Made by a program: the position numbers and the translations under genes. Source: Octopus vulgaris (lineage: Eukaryota). Taken from it: a stretch of DNA of 64,000 bases. Within the stretch, counting starts at the first letter, position 1; every line of letters begins with the position of its first letter. The notes beneath the pieces are model-generated. The model was not told where the DNA came from. It worked only from the letters and a program-made list of their open reading frames with translations, and ran no database searches. Location: positions 25,792,001 to 25,856,000 of the forward strand of contig OX597815.1 in NCBI GenBank assembly GCA_951406725.2. Direction: 5' to 3'. Below are positions 50,696-63,959 of the stretch, in pieces.

Positions 50696-51419
50696 GGGAA
50701 TTTTTAAGGCAATTCTTTTATATTTTCAATGCATTTTAATTTTATTAAATGTTTGTTCCTGCCAGTGATTACTCTTGCTTCGCATGTGTATATGTATAAA
50801 AGCATGCATGTATATAAAGTACATGTATGCATGTATGTGCATATATGATTTTATATATGTACATTTATATGTGTATCTATACACGCATATAAACATATCT
50901 ATCCATCGACCGATCGATCGACATGTATATATTAATTTTACAAGGAAAAGGTTGATAGTAACCTCGAAGGTTTAGGTTCGTTGTCATCGTCGTCGTTAAA
51001 TAGACTAGCTAAATCGAAACCTTCAAATCAACTTTTACTCGTAAAAATTAATATGAAACTTCTACAAAAAAGTATTGAATGATCCATCAATTAACCCTTT
51101 TCATATTTACTTGTATGTATACATGTATGTATACATGTATACATACGTACATACGTACGTACATACATACATACATACATGTATGTATGTATGTATGCAT
51201 GTATGTGTGTGTGTGAGTGTGTGTGCGCGCGCGTGTGTGTGTGTGTGTGTGTGTGTGTGGTATGAATGACATATATTTATATTCAACGAGAATAGACTTC
51301 AATATGCGTAGTAGCGCACAGCTTGAAACCCATTATTGATTCACTGCAGGGTTTATCACTTAATTTAGCTGTTCAGGAATCAAAAGCAGAAGGAACGAAA
51401 GCGCTATCCCTTTTTTTTT

Positions 51420-52050
51420 TATCGAATTTTTCATTATGAGTGGCTATGACTTCTACCATATTGTGGGTTTTTATTTCTTTGTCCTCGAGATTATCCTTCC
51501 GACAGATTTCATTATAGAGTGTCCTAGCTACGACGTCATATCTCATCGCTAGATAATACCGTGATGACATTCTCGGACAACTGCTTATGATATGGGTGTT
51601 ATCTTCAGTATGAACTTCGCAAAGTCTGCATCGGGTGTCACATTTTACGGCTTTTACGCATCTCTATCCCTTTTGTGCATCAGGTACTTTGGTTGATATT
51701 TGTGCATCAGGTACTTGGTTGATATTTCCTGTTCCTGGATTGCAAACGCATACCCTTCAAAGCGGGAGGTAATAATCCGGCTATTCATTCATGATAAACT
51801 GCTTTGATGCTCGATGTTACAGAGTTTTCTACTAACATATCCATGCATAGTCTTCTGCTCATAAAGGCTCATCCTTTCATCTGATGATACGTTGCGGTAG
51901 AGTTGTCCGACTTGTTTGGGCATGTATTCTAGGTTATCAGACAAAGAGTGTTGCTCAAGGAGCTGCCTTCCAAGTCTTATGATGTTATCAGCTTCATGTA
52001 TGCAAAGTTGGTTAAGGGATGCACTTCGATGCTTGATAGTTAAAAGATGT
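51420..52050 (-). mobile_element. RLE-type (R4/Dong-like) LINE fragment
   Basis: KTMHGY..., FEGYAFAIQEQEISTKY, CRLCEVHTEDNTHIISSCPRMSSRYYLAMRYDVVA (CCHC knuckle followed by an RHD-like motif). Confidence 0.85.
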
Positions 52051-52078
52051 ATGTATGCATGTATGTATGTAGTATATA

Positions 52079-52114
<36 letters not shown>

Positions 52115-52136
52115 TGTATATATATATATATATGTA

Positions 52137-52177
<41 letters not shown>

Positions 52178-52402
52178 TGTATGTATACGTGTAATCAACC
52201 AAAGATCGAAACCAGCCCACAGTTTCCACTTGTCAGGTGATTATCTCTTTCTCGCTCAGCCACTGAAGAACTCACACCTACAAATAAATACACATACACG
52301 CGCACACAGAAACAGACATACATAGACATTCACAGATTATGTGAAATATACATTAATCAGGCGGTCTTATGAAGTTAGATATGGCTTCAGCCGCCAGAGG
52401 CA

Positions 52403-52469
<67 letters not shown>

Positions 52470-52625
52470 TATGTATATACACATGTATGTATATGTATAT
52501 ATACATATGCGTGTGTGGGTATGTGTTTGTATGCATCTATGTGTGAGCTTATACTACATATATATACACGGACGTATATAATACATATACACATACACAT
52601 GTATATGTGTGTATGTGTACATATG

Positions 52626-52674
<49 letters not shown>

Positions 52675-53620
52675 TTTTAATCTTTTATTCGATTCAGCCA
52701 TGCGGCTGAATATATGGTATACATATCTACGCTATCTACGTATATATTTTTTAATATATATATATCCATTTCTATATTCATAAATACGCACATATATATA
52801 CATACCTACATATATATGTATATATATATATATATATATTTGTATATGTATGTGTGCAATTGTGTATGTGTGTGTGTGTGTGTGTGTGTATTAATATGTG
52901 TTTTTATGTGTCTGTGTGTGCGATCAGAATTACTGACTATTGTTTCTGATATTTCAAAAGTGTAATTTATTATTCATGTCTAGTTCATAACATAAAGATA
53001 TGAGTTATTCTATGCTTGTTCTTTTAGATCTTTTAGATCTATTCATAATCGTAAACATGCAGATGATATATCAAATGTAGTTTATGCATTTATTCGATAC
53101 AATATTTTATTCTCCGTGGATATAATGTATCGCATCTGCTTGGATCGGAACGTATGAAAGTTTGTGCTACGATCGTCGATTTTAAATTAACATACCTTAC
53201 GAGGGAGATACAATCTCATAAAAAGATTTGGCTTTATTGGCCAGACATCCACATCTTTATCGAGGCGCTTGACTATGATGTTTAAATAAAATGTTATAGT
53301 TTCGAAGTAACATAAAATAAGATTAATAAGACACTAAATGGTAGAGCATCGATTAATATTGTAATCCAAACTTCAAAGAAAATAGCCAATATTGTACAAA
53401 TACGATGCATATGTTTATGTGTTGGTTTATAGAAATAAATACATGTTAGTCTGTAAATATATACACTATCTATAAAAGTATGTATATTTAAATATAAGTA
53501 TATTTATATGAACAAATTTCGGGAAATTTATGAAATAGTCATATCAGTCTTACACACACACATACATGCACACAGGTGAATACATACATACATACATACA
53601 TACATACCTACATACATACA

Positions 53621-53675
<55 letters not shown>

Positions 53676-54044
53676 CAATACACACAACTCATACACGTAG
53701 TTATACGCACGCACACATACTCATGTATTTTCATGTTTTTTTTTCAGTGAAAAGTTTGACGGCGTCCATATATGTTCTGAAATCGAGAAAACATATCAAG
53801 CAACAATAAGAGAGCAAGATGTTTTTAATCCTATAGAGGCTACCGTACATAAAATAAAAAATTGAATTGGATTGACAAGCGTTTTTTCCCCCACAGAATG
53901 TAACACAATTAAATGTATGGACCACGTTTTTAGTGATCTAAATGTATTTATATGTACATAACAATACGGAAGTAAAGAAACTTATCAAGACTAGCGTACT
54001 TGAATACGTGTGCGTTAATGTGTGTATGTGTCAGCATATGTACA

Positions 54045-54413
54045 TGTGTCCTGTTATTGTTACCACTTATACCCTCCGCAAAAGATCCCAAATTTAATTT
54101 AATTTGCTTTGCGGGAAGGACTATTTCAACGAAGTCGCGTCTTGTCCTTACTTTCGAACCGCGGAGTAGACAAAACAGGGACAAATGAAAAAGGGGAATA
54201 TTCCTTGTGTTGTATGTCTTGTACTCTGTTTTTTTTCGTTGTATGTAAAAGAGTTCGTTTCTATGTTTTGATTTTATGTTTTCGTTTCTCATTGTGTTCA
54301 ACGTTTTTTTTTTTTTGATGACCTGTAACCATATATGCATGTATATATACATATATATGTAGGTATGTACATATATGTATGGATATATGCATATAGTTAT
54401 ATATTATTTATAT

Positions 54414-54415
<2 letters not shown>
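54045..54415 (+). mobile_element. Unclassified interspersed repeat (copy 2) with a decayed permuted hammerhead motif at 54136-54196
   Basis: CGCG-TC-TTGTCCTTA / CTTTC-GAAC-CGCG / linker / AGGGACAA-ATGAAAA-A-GGGG; ends in (TA)n. Confidence 0.65.
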
Positions 54416-54449
<34 letters not shown>

Positions 54450-54519
54450 CATACTTATAAACACACATACATACGTACAAAACATGCATGAATACACGCG
54501 CGCGTGCGCACACATACAT

Positions 54520-54935
54520 AGCTTACGGCCTTCGGCTCGTGAATACAATGCTATGGCTTCAGTTCTAGAACTGGAAGATACTTTGTATCCTCGAGCAAAG
54601 TACTTCATTCTACTGGAATTGTATGCTCAGCAGTAAATGAGTACCAGCCAGCGCTGATACACCTCTGTCTTTCTCCCTCTCTCTTTCTTTCATTCTCTCT
54701 TCTTCTTCCTCTCTCACACTCTAGCTACCACGTTCTAGTTGTGCCACTGGATTAAGAGACAGAAGACACAGGGTGTTTCTATGCACGCTGGCGATGACAT
54801 ACGCGCCTAAAACAATTAATGAGAGTTTGGTACATTTCACTAAATTATACTCACTTTCAAGTAACGGCTAATTTTAGGTATAATGCTACAAAAAAAGTAG
54901 TCTCAACATGGTCGCAGCTCTCGAGCTGAAACCAC
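54520..54935 (+). mobile_element. Diverged SINE with CR1-type tail
   Basis: CCTCGAGCAAAGTACTTCATTCTAC..GCTCAGCAGTAAATGAGTACCAG core; tail CAACATGGTCGCAGCTCTCGAGCTGAAAC. Confidence 0.5.
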
Positions 54936-55268
54936 CAAGGGTTAAGATATAAGGCGATGATGATGCTTAATCTGTCATTGTTTATCAGGGTAGTCTAACA
55001 CTCTGTTGAGTTTCGTTTTGTCTTGCGTGTAGGATGATGATTCTGCGATCTTCCAGTTTTTCGAATGTTTACGCTTACCTTGTAAAAGCTAGTAAATTAG
55101 AATTTGTTTTCGTGGCGGCTCTTAGAAAGGATTTCTCATCTTGTGATTCACTTGATTGTTCATTTCGAGATGATATTTTTTGTCAGAGAGGAGGCCAGAA
55201 AATCTGTTGTATACATATCAATATATTGTAGTAGTACTGATGATATTAATATTGTCGATATTGAAATC

Positions 55269-55343
<75 letters not shown>

Positions 55344-55482
55344 TACATACATTTATGTATGTATGTATGTATGTATGTATGTATGTTTGTGTGTGTGCGT
55401 GCGTGCGCGTGGGTGTGTGTGTACATGTATGTCTGTCTGTATACATATATACATAAATGCACACACATTTATTTATGTGCGC

Positions 55483-55517
<35 letters not shown>

Positions 55518-55692
55518 CACACAAATACATATACATGTGTGCAAACAACACATAGATGCATACGCAGATATATACATATATATACATACATACGTACACA
55601 TATATATGTGTGTATGTGTGTGTTTATATACATACATACGTACATACATACATACATACATACATCATATATATGTATATATATATACACAC

Positions 55693-55728
<36 letters not shown>

Positions 55729-56599
55729 GTATGTATATGCACACTCATGATATTAATGTATATGTATAAATGGATTCATGTAGATCTGACCTCGATCCAC
55801 TTATACTATAGTCGACAACACACCCATCTCACATCCCCTCCTTTTTAAGATGAACCTGAAAATCATTTCCGTATTGTTTAATAAGGAAAATCTTTAAAAC
55901 TTTCGAAACAGCCACTTACATGAATATAATCTAAAATGGATAGGCAAACTAAGATACAGACACACACATACACATATGGGAAAACTCACACAAGCATTTT
56001 AATAGGGTCTGTGAGCGGAACAGGAAATTCTTGAGAAAGATATGCATGTCAAGAGAGGACTGGTTGAAGAATCAGTCAGAGAGTGAATGCAGCAACGTAC
56101 GCATTCATAGACACATGAACTTATTTAATCCATCAGACTACCACATACACGAACGTGGATGTTAAGCTTAATTTAACCTCATTGAGATTAAGAGGATGTG
56201 TACGCTCTACAACCGGGAAGTGATATCGAGAAATGAAATGAAGGTCAACCTAAAGAAATATAATGGCAGATTTAAATGTTAGCAATCAAGTAGGAACATT
56301 GAGATATGTTCAAAATTACGCAGTAAGAAAAAAACTGTGACTTTCAATGTAGTTTTGAATTCTAAGTGTTTTAAAAGGGATTTTGTGATAATCATGTATT
56401 TTTCAGACGTTGTATTGGTAGAATTCTTAAGACATGGGACAAAATACTTTAACAAATTTTTTTTGCATGTTATGTTCTGAACTCAAATATGACCGAGGTT
56501 ACTCTCAAGTATCAGGAGTAATTTAGTTATTTTGACTGATGCTGGTGATATCCAAATTTTTTTCGATGAAGAAAATCCAACTGGAAGTACTGTATTAAT

Positions 56600-56875
56600 T
56601 TTTTTTAATGTTGATTATGCTTTAAGAGTGGATGAAGAAATAAACACCAACAGCCACTGTATTCCTGTGAAGAGCAGGGAACCTTTGGTGTTATCAACTT
56701 TGAAAGATACAATGATGGAACAATGTAAAAAGATCGAAATATGTGACTTGTCTGGCACAGAGCTCGACGAAAGTTGGCAACAATAGAATAAATGACAAGG
56801 TAGCTAGAGTGGGGTTACTTTGGGTTATGTCTGTTCAGCAGGAGCTGACCTGTAGCTAAACTACAGTATCAACAA
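56600..56875 (+). mobile_element. Old RTE-like LINE 3' relic
   Basis: KIQ*WNNVKR..KVGNNRIN resembles the RTE C-terminal PK.RW.D.VK.D..A.NR..W motif; followed by GCTGACCTGTAGCTAAAC. Confidence 0.35.
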
Positions 56876-57329
56876 CAGGAACATATTTACTTATATTTTT
56901 ATGTTTTTATGGGATTGAGGGTTGCATATCTGCATCTTATTATTCAAAGAGTTACGAGGTTGATAACTTATTTATTTATCAATTATAATTACAGATAAAG
57001 GAAATAAATAAATACTCTGTTAACTATAAATAAGATTTATTTCTAGAATTTGATCTATAGCAGGGAAATTGCAGGAACTATTTAGTAAAATGTCAAAATC
57101 ATTGGAACTGAAAAGGTTTTTGTAACAGTTCAAGTTAAGTCTTTAATTTGAAGGAGTAAAAATTGGCTCCACGGGATTACGTGATTTCTCCCATGCATAA
57201 TTGTATTCTATGAGCAGAGATATGTATACAGGAACAGATACAAATTTTCCGAAAATTTGTGAAAGGAATTGTTACAGAAATAACTTAATATTTCGGAGTC
57301 ACATGATGATCTTGCAAGGTGTACTTTCA

Positions 57330-58100
57330 CAGGGAAACCCCTTCGCATTTGCTGTCTTTTTTGCCTCCAACTCCATATATATAGTAAATCTCCAAAAACT
57401 ATTTCTATTTAGTCTACAAATTCCCCGATACATGGATATACACGCCAACTGCAAAACCATTTCTAGTCTCTTCAAATCAATAAGATTACAAGACTTCTCA
57501 GAGTACCTTTTCCCCGCCAGCCTTATCAATCTCTTCCCTCCTCTCAGAGTTATACTAGTCTTTGAAAACATTCGACATACAGTATGTCCTAGGGACAAAA
57601 CATATGACTCCCTCTCTCTTAGTAATCGTTCGACAACTCTCACTTCCAACATTTCAAAGTTGATGAAAACAGTTATTAACAGCAAACTTTTACTTCACCA
57701 CAATCGTTCCTCTTTAATGAACACCAGAACAACCTTCGTAAATCCATATTTACTAAAAAGCTTACTTTTCTATCTCTCTCAGTGGTAGATCATCGACCTC
57801 GAGAAATTTTGGGGAAAAAAATAACAAAGCATTCAGCCGTGTTTATCACATCAATTTCCCAGGAAAACTGCCTGACGATAAGTTCTTACCATTTCTTACA
57901 TCTTTGCTCAGTAGCTTCTGTCATATCACACTATCAAAGTTTGTGTTAATAGAAGCTTCAAAGAATCACAGTTTATCAACTCAGATGTGGCCTAGGAGTC
58001 TTGTATAATGAGGATCACATTCGATCTCATTTTACACTAAACATCTACTTGCTCTCAACTCCAACATCTGCTACTAACCAAATGACCCACCGACCATTTA
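57330..58100 (+). mobile_element. Heavily decayed CR1/Jockey-group LINE RT fragment
   Basis: SNRSTTLTSNISKLMKTVINSKLL (cf. NYRPISLTS..SK.ME..IN..L), a KAFSRV-like motif and an NSDVA*ES (cf. SGVPQGS) relic occur in the correct order. Confidence 0.5.
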
Positions 58101-58373
58101 TCCATAACCTTCCATACCCAAGCGTCACACATGTAACTTAAATCACGACGAACTCGCAGTCTCTATGAAGAGAGATATCGAAAACTTTTTCCATTGGAGA
58201 TAATCACATACGCTCCGAGTTCGTTGCTTTACGGTGTTCGTTCAAATGTCAAGAAAATGAATACACCCATACATGTATGTATGTATGTATGTATGTATGT
58301 ATGTATGTATGTATGTATGTATGTATGTATGTATGTATGTATGTATGTATGTATGTCTATGTATGTATGTATG

Positions 58374-58625
58374 GGGTGGTGGTGAACCCTGCAGTACTCT
58401 TTCACCACAACTTTCTCTCACTCTTTCTTCCTGTTTCTGTTGTACCTGTATTTCAAAGGGCCAGCCTCGTCACATCCTGTGTCACGCTGAATCTCCTCGA
58501 GAACTACGTTAAGGGTACACGTGTCTGTGGAGTGCTCAGCCACTTGCACGTTAATTCCACGAGCAAGCTGTTCCGTTGATCGTATCAGCTGGGACCCTCA
58601 TCGTCGTAACCGACGGAGTGCTCCT
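58374..58625 (+). mobile_element. SINE 3' portion with Nin-like domain, inside (TGTA)n
   Basis: GTCACGCTGAATCTC..GTCTGTGGAGTGCTCAGCCACTTGCACGTTAA..CGTCGTAACCGACGGAGTGC. Confidence 0.8.
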
Positions 58626-60099
58626 ATGTATGTATGTATGTATGTATGTATGTATGTATGTATGTATGTATGTATGTATATGTGTGTGTGAGTGTGTGTG
58701 GGAGTAAGTGAGTGCATATATGTGTGTATGTGCGTGTGTGAAACTTTTGAGAATAAATTTGAAAGGAAACGAATTTCACGTAAAACATCTTGGAATAGTT
58801 AAAAGTTAACGCTAAACACGCACAAACACCAACTTCCCAAGTTGCCGTCCGAGGGATTTCCTTCTCCGTCTAACGCACAAATATTTGCTTTTTTCTCTTC
58901 TTAACCAAATACTTAAGATGTAGGAAATCAAGAGGAAATAGATTTCAAAGTGACAGGAAAGGAACTTCAAACTGAAGTGGATTAAGTTTAAAAGGATTAT
59001 ACTTCGATTCTGAGCAACCCAGTTAGTCTTGTATGGCTTTAGATATAGTCTTTTAGAATATTTAAAAAGTGAAAAATATAAACCGGTATATTAAATACGG
59101 GATTCGGATGAAGAATTCGAATAACAATGGAAACTATTCTAGCAAAATATAAAGATAATTTCTCTGTTTGAGTTTAGGAAAGTACCTGGGTCATGTGAAT
59201 TGTTTAGAATGATTCTCCTCTCCACCGAGTAGAGCCTGCATCTTCTACTCACATTCAAATATGGCCCAGGATCTTTCTGCAGTTTCCAGGTGATGTACGG
59301 TGAGTTTACTCTCTTAATCGCCATATTAGCTAGCTATAGTTGTAAAATTTTAACTCTCTTTGCTTTTAAAAGAGGATCAGTGATTATTCAGTCTAGCCAT
59401 ATTTCTGTGTATATGTCGTTCTATTGGTGTTGGTTGACACTATCTCTGCTCCGTTGACCACGACATATGTATTACATTGATCATTCACTGGGCTGTCACT
59501 GTAAACTCTTTATAAATATCCTGCTTCTGTGCGCGACTTTGAGGTAATAATATTTTTTAGACACTAAGTGCACAGATGAACGAAGCCTCTAAGATATGTC
59601 TGTTGAATATTTTCCTATAACTATGGCCCCGTATAAAATTGTTTATCTACGAATCTAAGGAAGGTCTCTCCCACTCGGATTTTCACAATGTATGAGAAGG
59701 TTGACGAGAGAGCAGCCAGTTAACTTTTTGGCGGCACCTTCACTTGGGGTGTCAGGACTGGGCATAGAAGTGATGTCGTTAAAATCACTAGCTGCCAGAG
59801 TCACATTATAAGAGGAGCCGCTGCTTTGAAGACATCTTTATTTAGCAGAGAGGTTCAATATCTTACGACTGACACCGTTTAAACGGTTTTTAACCACTAT
59901 AGGCGAGTGGCAACTTTTTGCTTGGTTTGCAATAGAGCTTGCTGAACCTGTGTGTATACACAAGCACACACATATATTTATGTGTATGCATGTCTCTTCT
60001 ATTTTTTAAAAATTATTATAAATCTTCCACTGAGGAGGGAGTGGTTTCCAACAAAGATACAAGGCTCCATCTTTGGGATGTAGTTAACACAGACAAATT

Positions 60100-60540
60100 C
60101 ACATTTGGAACTTGAGAAAAGTCTTGCATATTTTTACTATTCTACTCACAATTTGCACTTGTAGTGTATGAATTAGCTGGTCGATTTCCCTTTCTGAAAA
60201 TCACAGTTTATCCAGAATCCTCCTTCAAGCATTTACTAACAAAACCAGTGCTTCAATTATTACTGGTATGAATATGAATTCATAGTCTGGTTATAGAAGC
60301 TGGAGGTTTCAAAGCAGTTGTCCATAGAAATCCCATCTTTTTCTTTGATTTTCAAAGAGATATTTATATCTGCAGGGCAGCTGACCTCTATGATTGTACA
60401 TACTTTTGTTCCTCTGTCCCAAACAACAATATCCGGTCTGTTATGCTTACATTTGACAGAAGTTTTGATGGGAATATTCCTCCAGTATTCCTTGAGTTGG
60501 TGTTTATGAATGTATTCCACAACAGAGGGATTTTCTAAGT
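60100..60540 (-). mobile_element. RLE-type (R4/Dong-like) LINE endonuclease fragment
   Basis: EYWRNIPIKTSVKCKHNRPDIVVWDRGTKVCTIIEVSCPADINISLKIKEK, a PD-(D/E)-type restriction-like endonuclease motif. Confidence 0.88.
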
Positions 60541-61752
60541 TTATTCGATGTATATATGTAGGTGTGTATGTATGTATGCGTGTGTGTGTGTCTATGTACA
60601 TATGCAAATTTCCAACAACGTATGGCTGAACACCGTTTTTAATGCGTACACTTGACTGGCACTTTATTTCATCGACCCTGAAGGGATGAAAAGTAAAGTT
60701 TATCTCGGCGGAAGTTTATCTCGGAATTTGAACTTAGGACGTAAAGAGCCAGAACAAATGCTATGTCCGATGTGATAACGATTCTGCCATCTCGCTGCTT
60801 TATCACAGTTATTACTTGATAGTTATTTTTATGGCGTTCACAAAGGAGAAAGTTGGTGTCAATCATAGCAGAAATACTTCCAACACAAAACTTGAAAGCA
60901 TGAAATACTCCAACTTGTTGGTAGCCTCAGGCCAGCGCTGACGGAACAGCCATGTGGCGTAATTAACTGAACAACGAGGTGCGAACCACAAATCTATCTT
61001 CTTGGGTATACCATTTCTCCGCCGAACCGTGGATGATGTTGTACAGTCTGACATGCCGGGATGAATCAGACCAACGAAGCTGGCTCCGAAATAATCTTCC
61101 AGGTTTTCGATTTCAATTCTCAGATATAAATATTTCATTTTCTTTACCATACTAAAGTTATTGAAAGTTATGGCGAATTATATTTATAACAGGGTTTCAA
61201 TTGCCGGCTTGGGTCATTATTCTTGGATTTTTTTTTATATGGTTGAGGAGGTGTGACACCTCTTAATCGTACACGAAACTGGAGATACAGTCTTTGACAA
61301 CTTGATATAGTTTCATAACTTGAAACCAGACACTCATAAAGTCAAAACTCCCTTTTACTCTTTCCTTATACATTTGGGGTCTAATTCTTCGGAAAGAAAT
61401 TGATATTTAACAACATATTTATTCATTTGGATTATTTTGTCCCTTTTTAACTCATTTTACTCGATACGGCCAGCAACACTTTTATGGTAGCTAATGCAAC
61501 CGCAGTTACTTCTCATACAGCCACACTTCTAATAACTAGACAATCTCTTTATTTCTCAAGCCTTCACTTAAAATTTATGAATCCGACACTTGCCACATGT
61601 CACGGATTTTATACTTCATTGTCAAAATAACAATGAAACGTATTCTTTCTTGCATATTTTATGACTTTTCCTTGTTTTGTTTGCTTCACCCCTTCTCCTT
61701 CTCTTCTCCTCCCCTCCCATTCTCCCCCTCTACATCCTTCCCCTCATCCTCC

Positions 61753-61753
<1 letters not shown>

Positions 61754-61797
<44 letters not shown>

Positions 61798-61874
61798 CCT
61801 CCTCCTCCTCCTCCTCCTCCTCCTCCTCCTCCTCCTTCTTCTTCTTCTTCTTCTTCTTCTTCTTCTTCTTCTTC
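61754..61874. repeat. Compound (CTT)n(CCT)n(CTT)n microsatellite
   Basis: Direct reading. Confidence 0.95.
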
Positions 61875-62489
61875 AACACCATCCTGCCGGGGTACCTCAG
61901 TCAAGTGCTGAGGTCTTAGGGTTAGTCTTCTATTATAATTCCATTCGCATCGAGGATGCTTTATGGAAATATATATTGAATCCGCTCCGCTTCTTGACTC
62001 GTGTATTATTTTATCGACCCCAGAAGCATGAAAGGCGAAGTAGATTATGATAAAGCTTCAACTGGGAACATAGTAGACTGTAATAAAATATCGCATCTTT
62101 TTATCTTCTTTTTTTACGCTCTAACGATCCTACTAATACATCGCCCATTCTACCTATATCGATTCTAGCCAATGAAATAGCTAATATGTAGTATCCTCAC
62201 CCTGGTAGAAATAGCAGTTAAATCTCCTTCAGATATCACAAACACGTCTTAAGAAAAGAAGGACCACACTGGAAAAGCTAATCCTATATATTCGAAAACA
62301 TCACATATCTCTTACAAATTCCAGTGTGAAATAATAAAAGTGATAAAATTAATTCTGAGTTCAAATTCCTCCGAGGTCTACTTCGCCTTTTATGCTTTTG
62401 AGGGCGATAAAATAAGTTAAAGTTATAGGATTGATGTAATCGACTAGACCCTCCCCCAATTGCTGGCCTTGTGCCTATAGTAGAAAGAA

Positions 62490-62504
62490 TTGTTGTTGTT
62501 GTTG

Positions 62505-62578
<74 letters not shown>

Positions 62579-62607
62579 GTCAGCCCTTGTGGCCAATAAA
62601 CGAATTA

Positions 62608-62663
<56 letters not shown>
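62490..62663. repeat. (GTT)n/(ATT)n microsatellite with a ~30-bp retroposon tail embedded at 62578-62607
   Basis: GTCAGCCCTTGTGGCCAATAAACGAATT lies between two (ATT)n runs. Confidence 0.9.
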
Positions 62664-62664
<1 letters not shown>

Positions 62665-63240
62665 TCTTTTTATTTCAGCTTTTGTTGGAACCCCTGGAGT
62701 TTTGCATGCGTAGCGGGCTTGCTGCCTGCAGTCTACGGTGCCTAGCTATCTGTTCTTTTCAACTGTCTAATACTTTCCTTATTATTCAGGACGTGCCTAG
62801 AAGGCAAACCTTTTGTAACAGTTCTACTGAGCACTCGGTTCCGATTTCTTTTATGTTCCTCTCGATGCCTTCTGATACTGTTCCCAAGAACTTAACAATA
62901 ATTGGCACTTCTTCATTTTCCATAGCCGGGCTATTTCGTACTTAAGAGGGTTGTATTTATTTAGTTTCTCGCTTACCTTCTTGACTATTCCTGGGTCAAA
63001 GGAGCACGCAACATCTACTATATAGCATATATATAGCACCTGATCTGTTTGGATTGGGAAATCCCAAAGGATTTTGCTTGTCTCCTATTCTGCCACTCTC
63101 TGCAATTTGTGCTCATACCATGTCTTGCCTCTCTCTAGCCTCCAGTTTTCGCACAGTTTCTAATGTAGCACTTTCACTACCTTATCGTGTGACCACAACT
63201 TGTAATAGTTTTGGACAAGTCTTGGGCATTCGTTCGGGAT
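62665..63240 (-). mobile_element. RLE-type (R4/Dong-like) LINE 3' end
   Basis: ECPRLVQNYYKLWSHDKVVKVLH..KILWDFPIQTD..CYIVDVACSFDPGIVKKVSEKLNKYNPLKYEIARLWKM..LGTVS..LLQKVCLLGTS*IIRKVLDS*; a short 3'-UTR leads into (TAA)n. Confidence 0.85.
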
Positions 63241-63269
63241 ATGGGCAATGGTTTCGTCTATTATTATTT

Positions 63270-63748
63270 GAAGACAGGCACATTCCTATCTGGTCAAGCC
63301 CTCATTAATTTCTTCAAATATCTTTTGAAGAGGAAGGTGAGGGTGGAGATGGAGGTGCTGCCTTCTAGTGAATTTATCAAAAGGTGGTCAACAACGGCAA
63401 GACTGGTGAAACTGAATGGATCTACTCTGAATATGCTTTTCTAAGCAGGAGGAAAGATGCTGGAAGAGGGCACTTTCGTATGCCTTGGAGATGACAGAGT
63501 AATCCGGGATTTTTGTGTGTGTGGGGGGTTACCCCGAGTTACCGTAAGTGGACTTACCCACTACTGGAGATTCTATTTATTTGTTTATTTATTTGTTTAT
63601 CTATTTATTTATTTCTCTACTGTTGTATCCTTTAATGTGGTAGTATCTTCCCTTGAATGATGTTAACCCCACATATTTTTGTTTTTGTAATTTTTTGTAA
63701 CTCATCCTTCGATATTGTCCTCCATGTTTATTGTGGCCAATAAAAGAA

Positions 63749-63750
<2 letters not shown>
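63270..63750 (+). mobile_element. LINE 3' end, probably L1/Tx1-type
   Basis: C-terminal ORF LKTGTFLSGQALINFFKYLLKRKVRVEMEVLPSSEFIKRWS..MLF* and a 3'-UTR ending TTGTCCTCCATGTTTATTGTGGCCAATAAAAGAA(ATT)n; TATTATTATT at the 5' junction. Clade assignment is from weak recalled similarity. Confidence 0.5.
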
Positions 63751-63799
<49 letters not shown>

Positions 63800-63898
63800 T
63801 GTTTGATAAAATAAAGTAGAAGTGAAGGAGTGGGATCAAAATAATTGACCAACCTCCTTTCTGAATTTCTGGCCCTGTGCTTTTGTTAAAAATGACGA

Positions 63899-63959
<61 letters not shown>

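Noticed and set aside
56532-56786. 84-aa host exon
   Set aside because: No recognisable domain or splice sites; an alternative frame and the downstream tail suggest an old RTE relic.
59139-59880. L1/Tx1 ORF1 and 5'-UTR relic on the minus strand
   Set aside because: Only a vague recalled similarity; no diagnostic motif is visible.
61597-62050. Poly-Ser/Pro/Leu/Glu ORFs
   Set aside because: Translation of a (CTT)n(CCT)n array.
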